Positions 57,517 through 64,000 of a DNA stretch of 64,000 bases are shown here, piece after piece. Where the stretch lies: assembly GCA_034430895.1 (NCBI GenBank), contig DAOUDW010000038.1, positions 2,982-66,981 of the forward strand. Reading direction: 5' to 3'. Under the pieces are notes generated by a model. It made no database searches and was not told the origin of the DNA. It worked only from the letters and a program-made list of their open reading frames with translations. This DNA comes from Anaerolineales bacterium (GTDB lineage: Bacteria > Chloroflexota > Anaerolineae > Anaerolineales > E44-bin32). The first letter of the stretch is position 1, and each line of letters begins with the position of its first letter. The translations under genes and the position numbers were made by a program.

Positions 57517-60333
57517 CTAGATCACGATATTCACCAACCGGCCAGGCACCACGATCACCTTCTTCGGCTGCTTGCCTTCCATGAAGCGCTGCACGGTTTC
57601 GCTTTGTAAAGCCTGTGTTTTGGCATCGTCTTCGCTTATCCCGGCTGGGACGTTGATGCGGTCTCGCAGCTTGCCGTTCACCTGCACGATCAGCGTGATC
57701 TCCTCTTCCTTCGCCAGTTCAGGATCGAATTCCGGCCACGGCTGCTGGTGGATGGAATACGGTTTCTCCAAGCGCGCCCACAGTTCCTCGGCGATGTGCG
57801 GAGTCTCCGGCGCCATCAAGAGCAGCAATGTCTCGATGGCCTGCTTGAATCCCGGTGTATCTTCGAGGCCGGCATCCTTTGCCTCGGAGATGGCGTTGGT
57901 TAATTCCATCAAGGCCGATATCACCGTGTTGAACTCGAAATTTTCCAGGTCGTGGGAGATCTGACGGATGGTTTGATGGACTTTTCGCTTAAGTGCCCGA
58001 GTCTCTTCCGCTTTCTCATCCCCCGCCTCGACGTCCGCAGTCTCGAGGACGAGTGTCCACACCCGATTCAACCAGCGTACGACGCCCTGAATGTTCTCCG
58101 GGCTCCACGGGCCGCCTTCCGACCAGCGGTACCCGAACATCAGATAGCCCCGCACTACATCTGCGCCGTAGGTCGCTACCTGTTCGTCGGGGTCGATCAC
58201 GTTGCCGCGCGACTTGCTCATGCGCTGGCCGTCCGGCCCCAGAATCTGACCCTGGTTGCGCAGCTGCAGCATCGGTTCAGGCCCCTCGGTAACACCCATG
58301 TCTCGATTTACTTTATGGAAGAAACGAGTGTAGATCAGATGCATGGTGGCGTGTTCCATGCCGCCGGTGTAGGTATCCACGGGCATCCAGTAATCGTATT
58401 CCTTGGGGTCGATAGGTCCCTTGTTGTAATCCGGGCTGAGGTAGCGCAGGTGATACCACGACGAACACATGAAGGTGTCCATCGTGTCCGTCTCGCGCAC
58501 CGCCGGCTCGCCGCATTTCGGACACGCCGTGTGCTTCCAGGTTGGGTGAAAGGTCAACGGGCTTTCACCGGTCGGTTTCCACTCCACGTCCTCGGGCAGT
58601 TCGATTGGCAGTTGATCCTCCGGAACGGGCACGATGCCGCATTTCTCGCAGTAGACCATGGGGATCGGCGCGCCCCAATAGCGCTGCCGGGAGATCAGCC
58701 AGTCGTGCAGACGATAATTCACGGCGGCTTTGCCGATTTTCTTCTTCTCCAGGTAGGCGTTGGTTTGATCCACCGCACTATCCCCCGGCGTGCCGCTCAT
58801 CGGACCGGAATGGATCATCGTGCCGTGCTCGGCGTGGTAGAGTGCATCCCGATAGAATTCCACACCCCAGAGCATCTCCATGATCGTGCGCTTGTCCTTC
58901 ACGTTGGGTTCCAGGCTCTGGCAGCGCGCCAGAATTTGTTCGTCGGCCTCGGCGGAATCCCACTGCATCACTTCGTCGTGTAAGATGAACAGCCACTGAG
59001 TCCCCACGATCTCGATCCAGGCATCGGGCTTGAGATGCGCTTGTGCGATCTCAACATAGCGATCCACCTTTTCCAGCGGAATCTCGATTTGGAAGGTGCC
59101 ATCGCGCTGCTCGAAGGGGATCTTTTCCTTTTTGAGTGCCTCAGCAAAGCCGTCTTTAACGGTCTTTACAAGGGCGATCGATTTGGTCAGTCCATCCGGG
59201 CGATCGATCACCGGGATGATCGGCAGGCCAAATTTCAGCGCGAATTCGAAATCACGTTCGTCGTGGGCGGGAACGGCCATGATGGCGCCAGTCCCATAAG
59301 TCATTAGAACGTAATCGGCGGTCCAGATCGGAATGCGTTTCTCGTTCACCGGGTTAATGGCGTAGCCGCCGGTGAAGACGCCCGTCTTCTCTTTATCGAC
59401 CGCTTCGCGTTCGATGTCCGCCTGGCGTGCCGCTTGATGCACATATGCTTCCACTTCTTCCGCTTGATCCGCCGTGGTGATCTTTTCCACCAGGGGATGT
59501 TCGGGTGCAAGCACCATAAACGTCGCACCCCAGAGCGTGTCCGGCCGCGTGGTGAACACCGGCATCGGGTCGCCGTCTTCGGTGTGGAAGGTCACGCTGG
59601 CGCCTTCGCTGCGCCCAATCCAATTTTCCTGCAGGATACGTACGGGATCGGGCCAATCGATGAAAGAGAAATCCAGCAGCTCTTCGGCGTACTTGGTGAT
59701 GCGGAAGAACCACTGATCCAGATTCTTCTTGATCACCGGCGTTTTACAGCGTTCACAGTGCCGATCCTCGCCCCAGACCTGTTCCCGCGCCAGGGTCGTG
59801 TTGCACTGGGGACACCAATCCACCGGCGATTCCTTCTTGTAGGCCATGTCGTTCTCGTACAACTTCAGGAAGAACCACTGCGTCCAGCGGTAGTATTCGG
59901 GATCGGAGGAAATCGCCTGGCGCGACCAGTCCCACATCGCTCCCATACTGCGCAGTTGTCGCTGCATGTTGGCGATGTTCTTATAGGTCCACTCCTTGGG
60001 ATGGATGCCGCGGGCGATCGCCGCGTTCTCGGCCGGTAACCCAAAGGCATCGAAACCGATGGGATACATCACGTTGAGGCCTTTCATGCGCAAGTAACGG
60101 GCGCGTGCATCCGACGGCGTCATGGCAAACCAATGCCCGATGTGCATGTCACCCGAAGTGTAGGGAAGCATGGTCAGGAAATAGAATTTCTCCTTTTGGG
60201 GATCGATTTCTGCTTTATAGAGCTGATCCTCTTCCCAGCGCGCCTGCCACTTCACCTCGATTTCGCCTGGATCGTATCGCTCGATCCAGGCGCGCTCCCG
60301 GTCGTCCTTTCCCGCTTCTTTTTTCTTTCCCAT
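57517..60333 (-). CDS. leuS: leucine--tRNA ligase
   Basis: HIGH-type YTSGDMHIGH, editing-domain TTRPDTLWGAT, GTGAIMAVPAHDERD, SRQRYWGAPIP and KMSKSRGN. Start at the ATG 6 nt behind GGAGGA (60333). The longer ORF-track start would run into the T-box terminator. Confidence 0.97.
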   Translation of the reverse strand: MGKKKEAGKDDRERAWIERYDPGEIEVKWQARWEEDQLYKAEIDPQKEKFYFLTMLPYTSGDMHIGHWFAMTPSDARARYLRMKGLNVMYPIGFDAFGLPAENAAIARGIHPKEWTYKNIANMQRQLRSMGAMWDWSRQAISSDPEYYRWTQWFFLKLYENDMAYKKESPVDWCPQCNTTLAREQVWGEDRHCERCKTPVIKKNLDQWFFRITKYAEELLDFSFIDWPDPVRILQENWIGRSEGASVTFHTEDGDPMPVFTTRPDTLWGATFMVLAPEHPLVEKITTADQAEEVEAYVHQAARQADIEREAVDKEKTGVFTGGYAINPVNEKRIPIWTADYVLMTYGTGAIMAVPAHDERDFEFALKFGLPIIPVIDRPDGLTKSIALVKTVKDGFAEALKKEKIPFEQRDGTFQIEIPLEKVDRYVEIAQAHLKPDAWIEIVGTQWLFILHDEVMQWDSAEADEQILARCQSLEPNVKDKRTIMEMLWGVEFYRDALYHAEHGTMIHSGPMSGTPGDSAVDQTNAYLEKKKIGKAAVNYRLHDWLISRQRYWGAPIPMVYCEKCGIVPVPEDQLPIELPEDVEWKPTGESPLTFHPTWKHTACPKCGEPAVRETDTMDTFMCSSWYHLRYLSPDYNKGPIDPKEYDYWMPVDTYTGGMEHATMHLIYTRFFHKVNRDMGVTEGPEPMLQLRNQGQILGPDGQRMSKSRGNVIDPDEQVATYGADVVRGYLMFGYRWSEGGPWSPENIQGVVRWLNRVWTLVLETADVEAGDEKAEETRALKRKVHQTIRQISHDLENFEFNTVISALMELTNAISEAKDAGLEDTPGFKQAIETLLLLMAPETPHIAEELWARLEKPYSIHQQPWPEFDPELAKEEEITLIVQVNGKLRDRINVPAGISEDDAKTQALQSETVQRFMEGKQPKKVIVVPGRLVNIVI

Positions 60334-60384
60334 CGACATCCTCCAGATATTCAACGATTCTCGAACAATCCCAACCCGCTTCAC

Positions 60385-60655
60385 AAAAAAACCTTCGTCC
60401 GTTCAGGGACGAAGGTGCGCTCCGCGGTACCACCCTGCTTCCCGACCGTTTGGAAGCTCGCTGCTTGCCAGCGTCATCGGGCTGCTCGGATCGCGCTAAC
60501 GGGCGATTCCCGCTCTCGACTACTCGTTTCGCCGGGAGGGCTTGTCCAAAAGGACGACAGGCGAGTTCTGCCTTTCTGCGGCGTTCCGTGGCCGCCATGC
60601 CGGGCTCTCACCCTCTCCGGCTCGCTGACGGATGGCCTACTACTCCTGCCATAGC
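60385..60655 (-). promoter_or_regulatory. T-box riboswitch leader of leuS (Leu specifier CUC)
   Basis: On the minus strand: Stem I with AGUAGUA, GGAGAGGGUGAGAG and a GAA-CUC-G specifier context (CUC = 60563-60565). The T-box sequence GGGUGGUACCGCG lies at 60422-60435. Terminator CCUUCGUCCCUGAACGGACGAAGG plus a U-run lies at 60385-60415. Confidence 0.85.
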
Positions 60656-60671
60656 CAGGTATTCAGTTATT

Positions 60672-60747
60672 TGGTGGACCCAGTGGGATTCGAACCCACG
60701 ACCTCCTCAATGCCATTGAGGCGCGCTCCCAACTGCGCCATGGGCCC
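60672..60747 (-). tRNA. tRNA-Ala (anticodon GGC), CCA encoded
   Basis: Hand-folded 76-nt cloverleaf: acceptor GGGCCCA/TGGGTCC with G3:U70, anticodon loop AUGGCAU, T-arm GTGGGTTCGAATCCCAC. Confidence 0.93.
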
Positions 60748-60753
60748 TTAGTG

Positions 60754-60826
60754 TGGACCTGGCGGGATTCGAACCCGCGACCTCATCAGTGCGATTGATG
60801 CGCGCTCCCAACTGCGCTACAGGCCC
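60754..60826 (-). tRNA. tRNA-Ala (anticodon CGC), CCA not encoded
   Basis: Hand-folded 73-nt cloverleaf: acceptor GGGCCTG/CAGGTCC with G3:U70, anticodon loop AUCGCAC, T-arm GCGGGTTCGAATCCCGC. The 3' flank is CAC. Confidence 0.93.
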
Positions 60827-60842
60827 CCGCCGAGGTGCTGGG

Positions 60843-60871
60843 ATTGTACTTCACCGCTATAGCACTGTCAA
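60843..60871 (-). promoter_or_regulatory. consensus sigma70 promoter for the tRNA-Ala/tRNA-Ala(/T-box-leuS) transcript
   Basis: On the minus strand, TTGACA (60871-60866), a 17-nt spacer, then TACAAT (60848-60843). The -10 ends 16 nt before tRNA position 1. Confidence 0.6.
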
Positions 60872-60879
60872 GAAACGCA

Positions 60880-60908
60880 TTGATCTCCTCCCCCAGCACA
60901 ACTATAAT
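60880..60908 (+). promoter_or_regulatory. candidate divergent promoter for the M24 peptidase operon
   Basis: TTGATC (60880-60885), a 17-nt spacer, TATAAT (60903-60908), then AGGAGGA and ATG at 60926. Confidence 0.5.
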
Positions 60909-60925
60909 GCCCGTAGGAGGAGCGT

Positions 60926-62026
60926 ATGTACGCAGACCGCATCACCCGACTGCAGCAGGCAATGGTGGAAGATGAAATCGATGCGGTGGCCCTCAACCCG
61001 GGACCGACCCTGGCCTACCTCACAGGGCTTTCCTTCCATTTGATGGAACGCCCCGTGCTGGCCATTTTCAGCGCTAAATCGGATCCAATCCTTATCACCC
61101 CTGATCTGGAACGCGCCAAAGCCGAGTCGACCAGCTTCAATATACAGCTCTTTACCTACGACGAAACCGCCAGCTCACGCGCAGAGACATTCCAGGAAGC
61201 CTGTCAATCGATCGAAGACAATCGAATAGGAGTCGAACCGCTGCGCATGCGCGTGATGGAGCTGCATTTGCTGGAGAAACACGCCGCCAATGCGACGTTC
61301 GTCTCCGCAGAAAATATCCTCGAAGCTTTGCGTGTAATAAAAACCCAAGACGAAATCGAGATCATGCGTCAAGCCGTCATCGCGGCCGAGGAAGCGCTCA
61401 AAGCCACAATTCCATTAATCCGCATCGGCATGACCGAGCGCGAGCTGGAAGCGGAACTCACCATACAGCTGCTGCGGGCCGGATCGGAATCCGATTTCCC
61501 CTTCGATCCCATCGTCGCCTCCGGGCCCAACAGCGCCCTGCCGCATGCCACACCCACCGAACGAAAACTTCGAACCGGTGACCTGCTGATCCTCGACTGG
61601 GGCGCCCGTGTAAATGGATACATCTCCGATATCACGCGCACGTTCGCACTCGGCGAGATCGACGCGGAATTGAAGAATATCTACGAAGTCGTTCGCGGCG
61701 CCAATCAAGCCGGCAGGAACGTCGCACGACCCAGTGCCCGATGCGGCGAGATCGACGATGCTGCCCGAGCAGTGATCGATGAAGCGAGCTACGGCGAATA
61801 TTTCATCCACCGCACGGGCCACGGCATTGGCATGGAAGCGCATGAACCGCCCTACATTCGAGGGGACAATCCGCAGGTTCTCAAGCCCGGGATGACTTTC
61901 ACCGTCGAGCCCGGAATTTATCTTCCCGGACGCGGGGGCGTGCGCATCGAGGACGACGTACTGGTTACATCGGAGGGAGTCGAAAGCCTCACGACCTATT
62001 CACGCGAGCTGGAGGTTATTACATGA
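60926..62026 (+). CDS. M24B Xaa-Pro peptidase (aminopeptidase P / prolidase family)
   Basis: Creatinase-like N-domain plus a pita-bread core: DWGARVNGYISDITRT, HRTGHGIGMEAHE, FTVEPGIY and GGVRIEDD. Confidence 0.9.
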   Translation: MYADRITRLQQAMVEDEIDAVALNPGPTLAYLTGLSFHLMERPVLAIFSAKSDPILITPDLERAKAESTSFNIQLFTYDETASSRAETFQEACQSIEDNRIGVEPLRMRVMELHLLEKHAANATFVSAENILEALRVIKTQDEIEIMRQAVIAAEEALKATIPLIRIGMTERELEAELTIQLLRAGSESDFPFDPIVASGPNSALPHATPTERKLRTGDLLILDWGARVNGYISDITRTFALGEIDAELKNIYEVVRGANQAGRNVARPSARCGEIDDAARAVIDEASYGEYFIHRTGHGIGMEAHEPPYIRGDNPQVLKPGMTFTVEPGIYLPGRGGVRIEDDVLVTSEGVESLTTYSRELEVIT

Positions 62027-62793
62027 CACAAATTATGAAAGGCGGCCAACCATTCTTCCTACCCGCTGGAAGCACCGGCTGTCTGCTCCTGCATGGATTC
62101 ACCGGCACGCCCAACGAAATGCACTGGATGGGGGAGTATCTCTCCGGACGCGGATACACAGTGCTCGCGCCACGCATCTTCGCACATGGCACACAGCTCA
62201 GCGACATGTTCCGTGCACGCTGGAAAGATTGGGTCGCCTCCGCAGAGGACGGCTACCACTTGCTCAAAGGCAGCTGCGAAAAGATCGTCATTGCAGGATT
62301 GTCTATGGGAGGCACCCTGTCACTCATCCTATCCAGCTATCTGCCGGTGTCTGGTGTGATCGCCATGGCTGCACCCTACGAAATGCACGACCCCACGGTC
62401 CGCAGGCTTCGTCCGATCCTGCCGCTTCTCAGCCTTTTCTACAGATCCAGAGCCAAGGAATCTTCCGGAATTCTCGATCCAATGGCCAAGCAGGTACATG
62501 TAGATTACGATGGCTATCCCGTGCGCGGCGGGTACGAACTTCAAGAGCTCCTCGAGGAAATGCGCAGCAATCTTCCGCAGTTGAACAAACCGGTCCTGCT
62601 GATCAATTCCAAGTTGGATGAAGCCGTAACCCCCGAACATGCCCGGGCGATATTCGAAAGCCTGCCTTCTTCCGACAAGCAAATCCTGATGTTAGAAGAG
62701 GGTGGACACAACATCCCCCGTGATCTCGCTCGCCAGACGGCTTTCCAGGCGGCGGGAGACTTTATCCAACGTGTGACGAGCGAGGCTGGATGA
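62023..62793 (+). CDS. alpha/beta hydrolase (carboxylesterase/lysophospholipase-like), paralog A
   Basis: LLLHGFTGTP, nucleophile elbow GLSMGG, and C-terminal EEGGHNI. The ATGA overlaps the upstream stop. Confidence 0.8.
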   Translation: MTQIMKGGQPFFLPAGSTGCLLLHGFTGTPNEMHWMGEYLSGRGYTVLAPRIFAHGTQLSDMFRARWKDWVASAEDGYHLLKGSCEKIVIAGLSMGGTLSLILSSYLPVSGVIAMAAPYEMHDPTVRRLRPILPLLSLFYRSRAKESSGILDPMAKQVHVDYDGYPVRGGYELQELLEEMRSNLPQLNKPVLLINSKLDEAVTPEHARAIFESLPSSDKQILMLEEGGHNIPRDLARQTAFQAAGDFIQRVTSEAG

Positions 62794-63572
62794 GGCAGAT
62801 TCAGTCCGGCGCGGAACCCTTCTTCTATCCCGGAGGGGAAACGGGATGCCTGCTCGCCCACGGTTTCACGGCCTCTCCACAGGAGGTGCATCGCCTGGGC
62901 GAACACCTGGCGCAGCAGGGTTACACCGTCCTGGGTGTGCGTATGTTCGCCCATGGAACCAAGCACGAGGACATGAACCGCGCTCGCTGGACCGATTGGC
63001 TCACCAGCGTCGAAGATGGCTATCATCTGCTTGCGAATCACTGCAAGCGGTTTTTTTTCATCGGCTCTTCCGTCGGTGGTTCCCTTTCCTTGATCCTGGC
63101 CACGCGTTTCCCTCCCGCCGGAGTCGTGATGCTTGCAACACCCATTCGGCTGCCCCCCGATCCACGTTTGGAACGTCTCAAACCGATCCTGAAACCATTG
63201 AGTTATCTGCTGCCGGCCATCCCCAAAGGACCGCCGACCTGGCACGATCCCCAGGCCCAGGTTGAACGCGTGGCGTATACGGCCTACCCGCTGCGGGCCA
63301 TCCTCGAACTGGAGCCGTTGCTGGCCGCCATGCGATCCGCGCTGCCAAAGGTGCGCGTTCCAGCGTTCTTGATGCACTCGAAGAACGACCGCTTCATCCC
63401 ATCCGAACACATGCAGCAGATCTACGAACGCCTGGGATCAAGCGACAAACACATGACCTTGGTCGAGGACAGCAGCCATGTGATCACCTGTGACGCCGAA
63501 CGAGAAGTGGTGTTCCAGAATGTAACAGGCTTCATACAACGTATCGATACTTCCATCACGGAAGGAGTATGA
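62790..63572 (+). CDS. alpha/beta hydrolase, paralog B
   Basis: LLAHGFTASP, GSSVGG and EDSSHVI. Same length and motif spacing as paralog A. 4-nt overlap. Confidence 0.8.
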   Translation: MRQIQSGAEPFFYPGGETGCLLAHGFTASPQEVHRLGEHLAQQGYTVLGVRMFAHGTKHEDMNRARWTDWLTSVEDGYHLLANHCKRFFFIGSSVGGSLSLILATRFPPAGVVMLATPIRLPPDPRLERLKPILKPLSYLLPAIPKGPPTWHDPQAQVERVAYTAYPLRAILELEPLLAAMRSALPKVRVPAFLMHSKNDRFIPSEHMQQIYERLGSSDKHMTLVEDSSHVITCDAEREVVFQNVTGFIQRIDTSITEGV

Positions 63573-63575
63573 GAG

Positions 63576-64000
63576 ATGAGTCCGATACTCGAATGGGGAA
63601 TCCCGATCATCAAATGGCTGCAAGCCCTGGGAGACTGGCTTGTGCTGCCCATGAAATTATTCACCTATCTCGGCAACAAGGAATTTTATATCCTCGTAGC
63701 GCCCACGGTTTTATGGTGCTTCGACGCCATGCTGGGATTGCGTATCGGGCTGCTGCTGCTGACGAGCGGATCGATCAACAACATCCTCAAGATGACCTTC
63801 GGCCTTCCCCGCCCATATTGGATAAGCAAAGATATCAAAGCCTATGCCTGGCGGCCGACCTTTGGACTGCCCTCCGGGCACGCACAAAACGCGCTGGTCA
63901 TTTGGGGCGGCCTGTCCATCTGGCTGCGTAAACGTTGGCTAACGATAACGTGCATCCTGCTCATCCTGCTGATTTCCGTATCGAGGCTCTACCTGGGCGT
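63576..64000 (+). CDS. PAP2-superfamily phosphatase (3' end outside window)
   Basis: My own translation from the ATG at 63576 gives KMTFGLPRP (KxxxxxxRP), PSGH, and SRLYLGV at the window edge. Absent from the ORF track because there is no stop within the window. Confidence 0.75.
   Translation, partial: MSPILEWGIPIIKWLQALGDWLVLPMKLFTYLGNKEFYILVAPTVLWCFDAMLGLRIGLLLLTSGSINNILKMTFGLPRPYWISKDIKAYAWRPTFGLPSGHAQNALVIWGGLSIWLRKRWLTITCILLILLISVSRLYLG

Noticed and set aside
57952-58983. 343-aa ORF on the plus strand
   Set aside because: It is antisense to leuS. It is Arg/His/Pro-rich and low in complexity, so it is a shadow ORF.
62541-63410. 289-aa ORF on the minus strand
   Set aside because: It is antisense to the two alpha/beta-hydrolase genes, which carry clear catalytic motifs. 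It is a shadow ORF.

Overview
This 64-kb window is gene-dense, with about 50 CDS and mostly short intergenic gaps. All calls rest on reading the ORF translations and the DNA by eye; no database search or folding program was run.

I found no transposase, integrase, CRISPR array or prophage genes. The window looks like core chromosome of a Chloroflexota/Anaerolineae-like bacterium. That taxon is an inference from protein architectures and GC-rich palindromic intergenic modules.

**Housekeeping genes recognised by motif:**
- Replication, translation, envelope and c-di-AMP signalling: polA, cdaA-cdaR, der, lepB, comEC, trpS, dtd, arfB, leuS.
- Metabolism: deoC, nadC-nadA-nadB, PPK2, class I fba, ridA.
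- Redox and peptidase: msrPQ, an M24 Xaa-Pro peptidase.
- RNA genes: two tRNA-Ala.

**Most noteworthy observations:**
1. A small SelW/Rdx-like gene (27460-27696) has an in-frame TGA at the CxxU position. The ORF track missed it. It sits directly upstream of trpS and is a candidate selenoprotein.
2. A signalling protein (2973-4517) fuses a receiver domain, a roadblock-like middle region and a C-terminal domain. That C-terminal domain matches the IS200/Y1 transposase fold but lacks the HUH and Tyr catalytic residues.
3. A tandem pair of NBR1-like lipoprotein genes has 5' halves that are nearly identical at nucleotide level, while the 3' halves are strongly diverged.
4. A Leu (CUC) T-box leader of leuS lies about 20 nt behind two tRNA-Ala genes, which are driven by a perfect consensus promoter.
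5. A long co-directional minus-strand block (about 43.5-56.8 kb) encodes a two-component system, gluzincin peptidases, an orphan family-5 solute-binding protein, an FGE-sulfatase/BNR-propeller fusion and other lipoproteins.
6. leuS carries an apparent insertion of about 100 residues.

I did not find a clear multi-gene system of a recognisably new kind. Items 1 and 2 are the best candidates.
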